This document shows positions 18,756 through 45,874 of a DNA stretch of 64,000 nt, piece by piece. This DNA comes from the human T2T-CHM13v2.0 reference genome, Homo sapiens, in the NCBI RefSeq assembly GCF_009914755.1, contig NC_060930.1. The stretch is one strand, 5' to 3'. The position numbers were made by a program, and so were the translations under genes. Within the stretch, counting starts at the first letter, position 1. Each line of letters opens with the position of its first letter. The notes below the pieces were generated by a model. It did no database searches. It saw nothing but the letters and a program-made list of their open reading frames with translations, and was not told the DNA's origin.

Positions 18756-19425
18756 TGAGCCAACAGGCCCTCTACAAAATTTTTTTTTAAATTAGCCGAG
18801 CATGGTGGCATGCACCTGTAATCTCAGCTACTTGGGGGGCTGAGGTAGGATGATTGCTTGAGCCCAGGAGATCGAGGCTGTGGTGAGCCGTAATTGTGCC
18901 ACTGCACTCCAGTCTGGGTGACAGAGTGAAAGTCTGTCTCAAAAAAAAAAATTACTCACTTAGTGTTGTTTTCAGTTTGGCCAATCAATCCCTAGCCGTC
19001 AACACAACCCAACTATCCCAAAGCAAGCCCAGTATCTAATAAGAGCGACCTTTTGGCCTCCTCCAATTATATGGCATTAATATCCATTACTTTTAAACAA
19101 GCAGAATACTAAGACCCATCGAATTGTCATGGCTAGTGCTCATACCCTCTCACTCTGTCCTACTGATACATCTATACAAAAACACATTCATCTGATCCAG
19201 GGTTCAGAACTACTATTCCCCGGCCTTGCCTTCTAACAACACCCTTTCCTTGGCCCTTTGGATCTAGCTTCTCTGGTTTCATACTCACACTCTCCCCAGC
19301 TCAACCCAATCCTGCCCTGCCCCCCAGACCCAACCCAGCTCAGCTCTTCAGGTCTGAGGTGTGGAGTCAACAAATAATTAAGCATACCATAGATAATCTG
19401 TCATTTAACAAAATAAGGCTGTTAC

Positions 19426-19528
19426 CTGCAACATTTCTCTTCTTTGTTTTCACAGCACGTTTTAGATTTTCCATGATTGTTCAAAATTTCCTTTTCGATG
19501 TGAGAGAAGGATAGCCGCCATGTTTCTT
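19426..19528 (-). CDS. CGAS: CGAS exon 4 (aa 372-406; zinc thumb H390/C396/C397/C404)
   Basis: Hand translation [35 protein letters not shown]; attaag| acceptor, AG|gtaaca donor; 103 nt. Confidence 0.97.
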
Positions 19529-19593
19529 CTTAATTTCAAAAAGAAAAACAAAAAAGCACTTTACCCAAAGCATCCATATCTAAACAATATTCA

Positions 19594-20055
<462 letters not shown>

Positions 20056-20355
20056 TTAATATAGTTAGCAATAGTAAGATGTATTACCTTTTATATATTG
20101 CTAAATTCCCTTTGTTAAATATTTTGTTTCAATAATAATTTGAATCAATTTATTCACTTTTTCTGTACCATCCTTACAGGTTTTATATTAATACAAAATG
20201 AATTGGGGACCATTTCCTTTATTCTTATTTATGAGAGTTTGTGTAAATATAGAATGATTTCACCTGGGCGCGGTGGCTCACGCCTGTAATCCCAGCACCT
20301 TGGGAGGCCAAGGTGGGCGGATCACAAGGTCGGGAGATCAAGACCATCCTGGCTA

Positions 20356-20608
<253 letters not shown>

Positions 20609-20659
20609 TTACTTCGTGGTTTTATACTAGCAAAGTATAAGTAGTTTATAATCTGAATG

Positions 20660-26280
<5,621 letters not shown>

Positions 26281-27667
26281 TTAAATTAAAAGAAAAAAAG
26301 TGTTATATCTGAGAGCAGGGCGTCTATAAAATTAAAAAATAAACCAAATTAATAAAATTAAAAAGAAAAACATATGTCCTGGCCATGATGGCTCATGCCT
26401 ATAATCCCAGCACTTTAGGAGGCCAAAGTGGGAGGACTGCTTTAGGCCAGGAGTTTGAGACCAGCCTGGGCAACATAGCAAGACCCTGTGTCTACTTTAA
26501 AAAAAAAAAAAAAAAGTGTACCTTTTATTTAAAAAGGGGGTAGCATACAAATATATTTTGTATGTATATAAATTACTATATTATCTAATATTTATGTTCA
26601 ATCTACCTTTTTCAAAGTAATACCAGTATTATTACCAATAATACACTTATAAAAAACAGCTTATAATTTTTTTGCAGTTTTTTGTCCTTAAGATAAAAGG
26701 ACAGTCAAAATACCAAGTTTTAAACCCACTTGAAAACATGTCCACTGATTACAGTGTCGTGCACCTGTAATCTCAGCTACTTGGGAGGTGGGAGACTGAG
26801 ACGGGAGGATCACTTGAACCCAGGAGTTCAGCTCCAAGAAGAACAACCCTAACTCCTGGGCTCAATGATCCTCCTGCCTCAGCCTCCCGAAGGCTGAGGA
26901 AACTAGGACTATAAGCACATGCCACTGCACCCCCATTTCCCTATTATTAACATCCCATATTCATAAAATACATTGGTACAATAAACCAATATTGATACAT
27001 TATTGTTAACTAAAGTCTATACTTTATCCAGATTTCCTTAGTTTTTACCTGACTTCTTTATCTTAAAAATATATATTAAATATAAGTATTTATATGAATA
27101 TATTTACATAAGTATTTACATGTAATATATTATGTATAATTTATATGTAATATGTCATATAATATAAAACATTGTATATAATTTATATTATATACTATAT
27201 ACACATTTATATGCCATCCCCTTTTTAAAATAAAAGGGACACCTTTTTCTTTGTTTTTGAGACAGGGTCTCACTCTGTTACCCAGGCTAGAGTGCAGTGG
27301 CACCATCTTGGCTCACTGCAGCCTCAACCTCCAGGGCTCAAGTGATCCCCTGACATCAGCCTCTTGAATAGTTGGGACTACAGGCTTGCACCACCACACC
27401 TGGCTAATTTTTGTATTTTTAGTAGAGACAGGCTTTCACCATGTTGCCCACGCTGGTCTCGAACTCCTGAGCTCAAATGATCCACCCACTTCAGCCTCCC
27501 AAAGTACTGGATTATAGGTTTGAGCCATTACATGAATGAGAGAGAGAGAGAGAGAATATATTTACTTACACTTTTAAAACACGGAAGGCCAGGCACGGTG
27601 GCTCACGCCTGTAATCCCAGTACTTTGGGAGGCCAAGGTGGGTGGACCACCTGAGGTTGGGAGTTCA

Positions 27668-27943
<276 letters not shown>

Positions 27944-28590
27944 TCAGGGAAGGAGAGAAGAGTGTGGAGAGGACATGAACAGAAGATGTTTCTCTAACTG
28001 TACCTTTTTCCATAGCTTTGACTTTGGAACCACGTATATGCTTTATAAATTTATGAAACGAATTAAATCAAAATTTAAAAACCAGTATCTAAAAACAGAT
28101 AACATAATGAAACAAGTTAATTTACCTATGTTGAGTTAAACTGTCCAGAGACTTTTTTTTTGGCAGGCGGGGTATAGAGGACTTCTTGCTATGTTACCCA
28201 GGATGGAGTGCAGTGGCATGATCATAGCTCACTACAGCCCTGAACCCCTGGGCTCAAGCAATCCTCCCGCCTCAACTTCCTGAGTAGCTGAGACTATAGG
28301 CATGGGCCACTGCGCCTGGCTGAACATTTTTTTGAGTGGGTTAAAAACCTCATATTTTGACTGTCCTTTTATCTTAAGAACAAAAAAACTGCAAGTAAAT
28401 CATAAACTGTTCTTTAAATAAATTATATCCTTGGTAATAAAACTAGTATTATTTTGCAACAGGTAAATTTTTAAAATTTAAAATTTTTAATCAAAAATCA
28501 ATAAAAACAAGGCCAGGCACAGTGGCTCATGCCTGTAATCTTTGGGAGATGGAGATGGGTGGATCACCTGAAGTTGGGAGTTCGAGATCA

Positions 28591-28920
<330 letters not shown>

Positions 28921-30037
28921 CTAGTACAAGTATTTTCACTGTTAAGTCCCTCTGTTCACATACACTCACACACATACACAGAAGCAGAGTTTTGTCTAAT
29001 TATACATAATCTGGAATGATGGCAGATGCAGAACAGCCAAGGGTAACAGAAAGCAGAGGTGAAGCTAAGCATCCAGCACCAGCCTTCACTTTCTTTCATT
29101 TTAATGGAAGAATGAAAAGAACTCCCTAACCATGGCTAGATGCAGTGGCTCACGCCTGTAATCCCAGCACTTTGGGAGGCTGAGGCGGGTGGATCACGAG
29201 GTCAAGAGATGGAGACCATCCTGGCCAACATAATGAAACCCTGTCTCTACTAAAAATACAAAAATTAGCCTCGCGTGGTGGCATGCGCCTGTAGTCCCAG
29301 CTACTCATGAGGCTGAGGCAGGAGAATCGCTTGAGCCAGGAGGCAGAGGTTGCAGTGAGCCAAGTTCACACCACTGCACTCCAGCCTGGGCAACAAAGCA
29401 AGAATCCGTCTCAAAAAAAAAAAAAAAAAAAGAACTGCCTAACCACATAGGCCACAGGGCCACCAAAGGACTCTTCTTCATCTCTAAGGTGATTTACCTT
29501 CCAGTGTTCCTCAGGACAGTATGGGGTCAGCAAGAGATGGTATGGGGTCCTGTTGCAATTTTTGTATCACTTACAGTGAGGGTTTCCTGGGGCAGCTATT
29601 CTAAAAATTGTTCAGTTTGCAGAACAACCTCTTTGCAGAAAGCTATAATTCATTTTGTAAAAACATGAATAATGATATATGTAAGTACCCTTCATAGACT
29701 ATTTTTCTTACAGAAAATGATTCCTCTATGTATGCAATATATGAAGTTATGATGTGTGTCCACAAAAACACAAACCATCAAACTAAGCATGATTGACTAT
29801 TTCTGGGCTTTTTTCAGCAATACTCATTTATAACTTGGTTCATTTGTTTTATGGTCTCCTTCAATTTCCCTGGAATCCAATAGTAGTAGGTGCCAAAAGT
29901 CCTATATAAATCTATGGGAGAAAATGAAAATAATCAGCTACTTTCTTTTTTTTTTTAGACTAAATCACAAGGAAAAAAGCTACTTCCCAGGAGTTTGAGA
30001 CCAGCCTGGCCAACATGGTGAAACCCCGTCTCTACTA

Positions 30038-30277
<240 letters not shown>

Positions 30278-30927
30278 TTAGCTGTAGACCAACTCAGTCT
30301 GTTTCTTGGAAGTTGAATTTTACCCAAGAGCACAGCCTGAAAACCCGTCCTGATCTGTGAGGCTGAGACACGCTGCATAGGAGCAGTGGAATGGGAAGAT
30401 GAAGGAAAGAGAGAACCAGGGCTGAGAATGAGAGTCTAGACTCTAATGATAATATTAATATGTAATAACGTATAACTGGCATGAACAGAATTGGCCACAG
30501 AACTGCATGCACATTTTATCTTTCCAGAATTTTTCAAGTACTTTTGGTTAACACAGTGTACGGATGAGCAAATGGGTTTAGAAAGCATCATAACTAGCTC
30601 GAATTCACACAACTAGTAGAAGGAGCCTCAGGATTCAGAACCAGGGCAGTCTGACTCCAAGGCCAATACTGCTTTTCTTTACCGAAAAAAATAAAATAAA
30701 ATTCAAATATGGATTGCTAGACATTTTAAAGCTGAGTATTTGATATTAATACTACAACTTTGCCCTTTTCAATTCTGTCTGTCACCAGACTCCCATCTTA
30801 TAACCTATTTTGCCTGATGGCTCTTGAAATGACAACAGCATTGGTTGGCTGTTGATCTTTTACTGCCTGAACATATAACATTAACAACTCTTTTACTTCT
30901 TTAAGTTAACTTTAATATTTAAAATAC

Positions 30928-31164
30928 CTTGGAAACCATTTCCTTCCTTTGCATGCTTGGGTACAAGGTAAAATGGCTTTAGTCGTAGTTGCTTCCTAAC
31001 TTTTGCTGAAAGCCAGTTTTGAATGCGCAGGCCTTCTTGGGTGCTAGCAGGCCAGCTACTTTTTGATTCCAAAGCCAGGGTTATATCCACAGATATTTTT
31101 TCACTAATAAGAAGTGTTACAGCAGGGCTCCCTCCTCTTTTCCTCTTCATGATGACATCTGTAT
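30928..31164 (-). CDS. CGAS: CGAS exon 3 (aa 293-372; catalytic D319)
   Basis: [18 protein letters not shown]...SVDITLALE...GNGFQ; aaccag| acceptor, G|gtattt donor; 237 nt. Confidence 0.98.
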
Positions 31165-31328
31165 CTGGTTGAACATATAAAAGAAAAGAAAGTATTTATT
31201 AATCCAATTTTCTCTGGAAATACAGGGGAAATAATGTAACTATAATTGAAGATCTCTGGTGTGCTAAGTATGAAGTAAACATTAGTGGTAAAACAGAAAC
31301 TGGCTCTAAAAGGCAAAGTATTTTACTA

Positions 31329-31658
<330 letters not shown>

Positions 31659-31754
31659 TTACTGATATCTCCCATTGGGAGGCATTGTCAAGATGGTGTG
31701 GGGCATATATGATGAAGGGGTCTCTGTAGACTTTGAGGTTTAAGAGTGCTGTGA

Positions 31755-31935
<181 letters not shown>

Positions 31936-32607
31936 TAGCTGGGATTACAGGCATGTGCCACTGTGCCTGGTTAAATTTTCATTACAAATTATAGATGGCA
32001 GAATGGAGGGAAGCCTAGAGGAGAGGCCAGATGGGCAAGAGGGAAGAGACAGGCAGCAAAAAGACCACAGCAACAGCCTGGCACAGAGGCTGGGTGCCAC
32101 GGCAGCACAGAGGTAGTGAGCATCAAGACACGGGGAAGAAGTGAGAGCAACTAAAGAAGTCCAAATCAACATAAGTGGTCATGAGTTGAGGCTACGATGT
32201 GAGGAGGAAAGTAGGAGCCTTGGGATGCCATCCCAGGATCTTGGCCTTCCTAGGCCTAATGGCTGATGTTGGTTCCATTCCTCAAAATAGAATAAGCAGG
32301 AAGAAGAAAGATTGGGCCAAGCTGAACTTCATGAGATACAATGAGCTCTAGATACCTGTGGGACACTCAAGTGGAGATGGCTGCTGGGTGGGTGGCTATG
32401 GTCAGAAATTTAGATGGCTTTGGGAGTTGGGGGTTTATAAGCAGTAAAGACTACTACTGTCAGATAAGACTTCCACAGTGACGAAGTAGAGCACAAAGGA
32501 GAAAATGCTAGAAAAATCTGCAAACCTGGCCACCTGTTACCCAAACCTGGCCACCTCTCCTGTTACCACTGAGGAAGTAAGTGTCCATCTACCTTACTTT
32601 TTTTTGA

Positions 32608-32715
<108 letters not shown>

Positions 32716-33290
32716 TGAGTCGCTGGGATTACAGGCATGCACCACCACACCTGGCTAATTTTTGTATTTTTAGTAGAGACAGGGTTTCACCATGTTGGCC
32801 AGGCTGGTCTTGAACTCTTGAGCTCAAATGATCTGCCTACCTTGGCCTCCCAAAGTGCTAGGGTTACAAGTGTGAGCCACTGTGCCTGGCCCTCCATCTA
32901 CCTTTCAAAGGCCACCTCTGCCCATAGTCTCTGGATCCCTTCCTTCTCAACTTCTCAAGTACCATGCTCTTCAAGTATTTCCTCTCCTACATCAGCCATC
33001 TCTCCCTCCCTGCTAGATTATTCTGAAATTCATACAAAGGGTTATAGGGTATACCTCTCCTTTCACCCCACATCTTCCTCCTCTCCATACTCACCCATCT
33101 TTCTGCTTCCTTCCAGCCCAAACTTTTTTTTTTTTTTGAGACAGGGTCCCGTTCTGTCACCCAGGCTGGAGTGCAGTAGCGTGAACATGGCTCACTGCAG
33201 CCTCAACCTCCTAGGTTCAAGCAATCCTCTTGCCTCAGCATCGTATGTAGCTGGGACCACAGGCACATGCCACCACTCCTGGCTAATTAA

Positions 33291-33536
<246 letters not shown>

Positions 33537-33739
33537 TGAACTCCTGACCTTGTGATCCGCCCACCTTGGCCTCCCAAAGTGCTGGGATTACAGGCATGAG
33601 CCACCATACCTGGCCTAAAATTTTTTTTTGTAGAGATGGACTCTCACTTTGTTGCCCAGGCTGGTCTTGAACTCCTGGGCTCAAGCAATCCTTCTGCCTT
33701 GGCCTCCCAAAGTGCTGAGACACCACAGTTAGCCCAGAC

Positions 33740-36060
<2,321 letters not shown>

Positions 36061-36246
36061 GTACTTTATAATCTTGTAATCATATTATAAGTAATTGCCA
36101 ATGTACACTCCTCTACTGATGTTTCTTGACCTCTCTACTGCACTTTTTCTTACTGCAGAGAGGTCAAGAAACATGAGAATGGGAGTGTACATTGGCAATT
36201 ACTAGGTATAATTAAACCTTTAAGAATCAAAAGGCAAAAGTCTTAC

Positions 36247-36466
36247 CTTTAATGTCGTTAATTTCTTCCTTAATGATTTTCCTAAACTTTGACAGCATCT
36301 TAGAAGCTGATAATATTTCACCTTCTAAAAACTGACTCAGATGATTTTCTTTCGGATTTCTTTTAAATTTCACAAAGTAATATGCACGAGTGTTGGAATA
36401 TTCTTCTAGTTGAATTCTGGGGACTTCCAGTTTAAACATGACATCAAATTCATTAGGTGCAGAAAT
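36247..36466 (-). CDS. CGAS: CGAS exon 2 (aa 220-293; catalytic E225/D227, nucleosome-binding R236/R255)
   Basis: [18 protein letters not shown]...; ttag| acceptor, G|gtaaga donor; 220 nt. Confidence 0.98.
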
Positions 36467-37341
36467 CTAAGAAACAGTAAAAATAGCACTGAAATATTTG
36501 CTTATGAATATTTTCCAAGTGACTGGAACTTTTTAAAAAATTTCCACTTAAAACTTTACTTTAAAAAGCAAGATTCATAATGTCTATATATACCCTCTGG
36601 GAGTGGGACTAGTGGAGCTGGCAGGAGGTGGAAGAGTATTACCAGTTTCATTTTGTAGGTTCTACACTCAATTAATTTTTTTTACCATGACCTAGTATTA
36701 TTTTTATAACTAAAAATGATTTTAGGCCAAGTGCAGTGGCTCACACCTATAATTAAATTTTGTGGGGCCAGGTGCAGTGGCTCATGCCTGTAATCCCAGC
36801 ACTTTGGGAGGCCAAGGCGGGCGATTCACCTGAGGTCAGGTGTTCGAGACCAGCCTGGTCCAACATGGTGAAACCCCGTCTCTACTAAAAATACAAAAAT
36901 TAGCCGGGCATAGTGGCATGCGCCTGTAATCCCAGCTACTCAGGAGGCTGAAGCAGGAGAATTGCTTGAACCTAGAAGGCAGATGTTGCAGTGAGCCAAA
37001 ATAGTGTCACTGTACTCCAGCCTGGGCAACAGAGCAAGACTCCATCTCAAAAAAAAAAAAAAAAAATTTGTGTATGATATGTGGTAGGGAATCAAGGTTC
37101 ATGTTTTTCCTACATAGATATCCAATTGACCCAGCATTATTTATTGAAAAAAAAAAATCGTCCTTTCAGCCAGGTGCGGTGGCTCACGCTTGTAATCCCA
37201 GTACTTTGGGAGGACGAGGCAGGCGAATCACAAGGTCAAGAGATCAAGACCATCCTGGCCAACATGGTGGAACTTCGTCTCTATTAAAAATATGAAAATT
37301 AGCTAGGTGTGGTGGCATGCACCTGTAGTTCCAGCTACTCA

Positions 37342-37473
<132 letters not shown>

Positions 37474-37615
37474 TCAGTTTGTCAATTTAATTTAAAAAAC
37501 TGATCATATTTCAACTGATTGCATTAAATCTAGAACAATTTGAGGAAAAATGAACACGATATAGTTGTCAATTACTTCCTCTTCAAATTTACCCAGTTAT
37601 GTTTTTAAGTTTTGA

Positions 37616-37879
<264 letters not shown>

Positions 37880-38594
37880 TGACCAGGCTGGTCTCAAACT
37901 CCTGACCTCAAGTGATCTGCCTGCCTCTACTCCCAAAGTGCTGGGATTATAGGCGTGAGCCACCATGCCTGGCCAAAGTTTTCAATTTTTATTTTTTAGA
38001 GATGGGGTCTCTAGGCTGGAGTACAGTGGCTACTCACAGATAGATCATAGTGTACTGCAGCCTCAAACTCCTGACTTGATGTGATTCTCCCACCTCGGCC
38101 TCCCAAATAGCTGGGACTATCAGAATGCACCAATGGACCTAGGTTTGATATTTTTGATGATATTCTAAATGGTATTTTCATTTTGTTTTTAATCTTGTTA
38201 GTATATTGAAATATTTTTATTTTTGTTTATTGACTTTGCAACCAGCAATTTTGCTAATTTACTAATTATTTCCAACAGTTTATATATGAAGCCAATCAAG
38301 TCATCTACACATAACGATTTCATCACTCTTTTTCCCATCTTATGCCTTTATTTTCCTTGTCTTGCTGCATCAGCTGTATGTATTCCTTTACGTTCTTTTT
38401 GTTGTTGTTCAACATTATTTATGTAATTCATTTTCACTGTTCATGTTGCTGTAGTTTGTTCCTTTTCTTTACCAGTTAATATACCATTACTTAAAACCAC
38501 TGGCCGGGCACGGTGGCTCACGCCTGTAATCCCAGTACTTTGGGAGGCTGAGACGGGTGGATCACCTGAGGTCAGGAGTTTGAGACCAGCCTTA

Positions 38595-38981
<387 letters not shown>

Positions 38982-39114
38982 TTACCTAGAATTTGTAGTC
39001 CCAGGTAGCTGGGACTACCTGTGTGTGCCACCACATCCAGTTAATTTTTAACTTATTTTTGGTAGAGCTGGGGTCTCACTATGTTGTCCAGGCTGGACTC
39101 AAACTCCCGCCTCA

Positions 39115-39536
<422 letters not shown>

Positions 39537-39649
39537 TCACTGGATTTCTTTTCATTGGCATAATTTTTAAAAACAAAGTGGTTCTGGGCTGGGCATGGTG
39601 GCTCCCACCTGTAATCCCAGCACTTTGGGAGGCCAAGGCGGGAAGATCA

Positions 39650-40040
<391 letters not shown>

Positions 40041-40400
40041 TCATGCTCAATCAGAGACATATCTGATGCTGAAAAGTAAATTAGTTAATTAAAAAGAATC
40101 ATGCTCAAGACACAGTCTGGGCTGGGTGCCGTGGCTCAAGCCTGTAATCCCAGCACTTAGGGAGGCCGAGGCAGGTGGATCATCTGAGGTCAGAGTTCGA
40201 GACCAGCCTGGCCAACATGGTGAAACCCCGTCTCTACTAAAAATACATAAATTAGCCGGGAGTGGGGGCAGGCACCTGTAATCCCTGCTATTTGGAAGGC
40301 TGAAGCAGGAGAATCGCTTGAACCTGGAAGCCGGAGGTTGCAGCGAAACCTAGATGGCACCACTGCACTACAGCCTGGGCAACAAGAGTGAAACTCCATC

Positions 40401-40551
40401 AAAAAAAGAAGAAAGAAGAAAGAAAAGAAAGAAAGAACAAAATAAAGAGAGAGAGAGAGAGAGGAAGAGAGGGAGGGAGGAAAAGAGAGAGACAGAGAGA
40501 TAGAGAGAAGAGAAGAGAAGAGAAGAGAAGAGAAAAAAGAAGAGAAAAGAA
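40401..40551 (+). repeat. ~150-nt almost pure polypurine (GA-rich) tract between two Alus
   Basis: Read directly from the sequence. Confidence 0.9.
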
Positions 40552-40671
40552 GCCGGGTGTGGTGGCTCACGCCTGTAATCCCAGCACTTTGGGAGGCTGA
40601 GGCTGGCAGATCACCTGAGGTCGGGAGTTCTAGACCAGCCTGACCAACATGGAGAAAGCCCGTCTCTACTA

Positions 40672-40920
<249 letters not shown>

Positions 40921-41185
40921 CTAAACTTTCAATTTACACAGGAATGATTAATGACTCAATCACCCACAAGCAAATGGAGCTGTGTAATACACACGTCGAA
41001 GCAATTATACGGAATGTGTATCTAGAAAGCGTTTTAGTATCTGTAGGAGATATTCTTATTTGTTTGTTTAACATTATACTGTAAGCTTCCCATGATTTCT
41101 GTGTAAGAAACTGGGGACAGACGGCCGGGCGCGGTAGCTGACGCCTGTAATCCCAGCACTTTGAGAGGCCGAGACGAGCGAATCA

Positions 41186-41521
<336 letters not shown>

Positions 41522-41849
41522 CTATGGAGTAAGAGGTCTTCCTCATAGGAAAAAGTCTACGTGGAATTTTTAACAGACCACTTCAAATTATCCAAGTCAA
41601 TATCTGACTCGGGACCTCAGGTCCACACCATCAAACACTGCCCTGTTACGGAAACTCGATACATGTCGGCTTGCATGAATGAACCCATACATTTGAATTC
41701 CCCCGGGAGCAGTGTCTTGAAATTAGCCAGCAATCAGTACCGGTTGGTTGTCTGATCGTTGGATGTGTAGATGAATAAACGAACGGTTTGTCGTTTTACT
41801 TAGACTAGGCTACCGAAAAACATGCAAAAGTCTAAGTTACTTCCGAAGG

Positions 41850-42930
41850 GAAGTGAGGGGCGCGACCCGGGGAAGGTAGGGACTGCGGATTGCGGAAGGC
41901 CGAGCAGCGGGGCTCGGCGGGAGGGCGCCAAGCAGCTCACCTTCACGTGCTCATAGTAGCTCCCGGTGTTCAGCAGCCCGACGCCTCTGAACGCGGAGTC
42001 GCACTTCAGTCTGAGCAGCAGGTGGTCCACAACCCCTTTCACCATCCCCGCCGCCGTGGAGATATCATCGCGGCTGAGCTTCAACTTCTCCAAAACCGCC
42101 CGGAGCTTCGAGGCCCCAGGCGCCGCATCCCTCCGTACGAGAATGGGGGCCGAGACCGGCAGGCCGGGGCTGGGCACGTCCCAGGGCCCGGGCGGGGGTC
42201 TTGGCTTCGTGGAGCAGCGCGCGCCCCTCTGGCGGCAAGAACCAGCCCTGGAAAGAGCCGGCTCCCGAGCCGCAGGAGGCTCCAGCCCCTCTGCCCCAGG
42301 GGCGCTGGTGGCGTCAGACGGCTGCGTGTCCTGGGCGCGCTGAGGGGCCTTTTTGGCGCGGGCCCCAGTTGCGCGGACGGGCGGCCTCTCCTGGGTGTCC
42401 GGGGCGCTCTTTTTCTGCCGGGATCCCGACTTCCTGGCGGGGCCGAACTTTCCCTCCTTAGGCAGGGCGGCCTCGGGGGCAGCCGGAGACTCGTTGGGAT
42501 CCATCGGGGCGCCCCTGGCATTCCGTGCGGAAGCCTTGGGGGCAGTGGCTCCGGCCTCGGAAGCTCTCTGCATGGCCTTTCCGTGCCAAGGCTGCATGGC
42601 TGGCGCTTTCTGTTCCCCGAAAGAAGAATCCGTTTCAGGAAAAGGCCGCAAGAGGAAGAGCCAGCAGCAGCTGTTGGAAACCAAGCACTACTGGCGGGCA
42701 CACAAGAGTCTGCGACCCGAAGGGGAACCCCAGGCTGGGAAGTCGCTGGGAGCCACGCCCATGCCGCGAAGAGGCTGGCCGCGGCCTTTCCTGAGGCTAC
42801 AAAAGTCTCGAAGTTTCTAACTCTCCAGGCAATCCGTGCCCCTGTCTTAAGAAGATGAGGTAGGACCGGGCGCGGTGGCTCACGCCTGTAACCTCAGCAT
42901 CCGAGAGGCCGAGGCAGGCGGGTCGCTTGA
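41850..42930. promoter_or_regulatory. CpG island over the CGAS promoter and exon 1; boundaries approximate
   Basis: Visibly high GC and CpG density against AT-rich, Alu-rich flanks. Confidence 0.85.
41941..42597 (-). CDS. CGAS: CGAS exon 1 coding part (aa 1-219: disordered N-terminus, start of the nucleotidyltransferase core with GSYYE)
   Basis: MQPWHGKAMQ...GSYYEHVK inside ORF 41800..42684; GCCATG context; AAG|gtgagc donor; 657 nt; human-type K187/L195. Confidence 0.98.
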
Positions 42931-43156
42931 GCTCAGGAGTTTGAGACCAGCCTGGGCAACCCAGCAAGACCTGGTCTTTCTTATAATTAAATATATGTGT
43001 GTGTGTGTGTTGCCTGGGCACACTGACTCACGCCTGTAATCCCAGCAATCTGGGAGACCGAGGTGGGCGGATCACCTGAGGTCAGGAGTTCAAGACCAGC
43101 CTGGCCAACAAGGCGAAAGAAACCCCGTCTCTACTAAAAAATACAAATATTAGCTA

Positions 43157-43327
<171 letters not shown>

Positions 43328-43478
43328 TCACGCCTGTAATCTCAGCAGTTTGGGAGGCCGAGGCGGGCGGATCACGAGGCCAAGACATCGAGACCTTCCT
43401 GGCCAACATGGTGAAACCCCGTCTCTACTAAAAATACAAAAAATTAGCCGGGCTTGGTGGCGCCTGTAGTCCCATCTA

Positions 43479-43583
<105 letters not shown>

Positions 43584-43759
43584 TCACAAAACAAAACAAA
43601 ACAAAACAAAACAAAAACATTGACAGAGAAACTTTTCTCTTTCAAGTGAAAGTTTTTTTAAATTTAATTTTGGTTTGAGTTAGGGGGGCGCAATCTCGGC
43701 TCACTGCAACCTCAGCCACCAGGGCTCAAGCGATCCTCCCACCTCAGCATCCTGAGTAG

Positions 43760-44630
<871 letters not shown>

Positions 44631-44845
44631 TAAATTTAAATAGGGTTTTTTAAAAATCAATAAGAAATAAAATAATAATTTTTAAAAAGAAAAAAATTAA
44701 TAACAAATGAAAAATACTTTGAAAAAAGAAAAAAATAAGAAAGAGAAAATATTCAACTTTTACAAGATGGAATGAAACAAAGATTGACTGCAATTGGAGT
44801 AAATACTTCTATTTGACATTTTTTAAAAAGCACAGAAAATCTTTA

Positions 44846-45187
<342 letters not shown>

Positions 45188-45211
45188 TTATTTTATTTTA
45201 TTCATTTTTGA

Positions 45212-45874
<663 letters not shown>

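Noticed and set aside
30893-30927. Read-through of CGAS exon 3 ([11 protein letters not shown]) and similar read-through tails at exons 1 and 2
   Set aside because: Ordinary ORF-finder extension past canonical donors; nothing in the sequence shows these are used.
42598-42684. 29-codon in-frame N-terminal extension of cGAS from a TTG
   Set aside because: TTG is a poor initiator, an in-frame TAG lies just upstream, and the ATG at 42597 has a good GCC context; needs Ribo-seq to revisit.
42630-42830. GAS- or ISRE-like motifs near the CGAS start (tttcaggaa, agtttctaactc)
   Set aside because: Neither fits TTCnnnGAA or GAAAnnGAAA fully; such partial matches arise by chance.
41890-42858. 322-aa antisense ORF and 206-aa alternative-frame ORF (42081..42701) over CGAS exon 1
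   Set aside because: Non-ATG starts and no recognisable domain; stop codons are scarce in GC-rich CpG-island DNA, so long shadow ORFs are expected.
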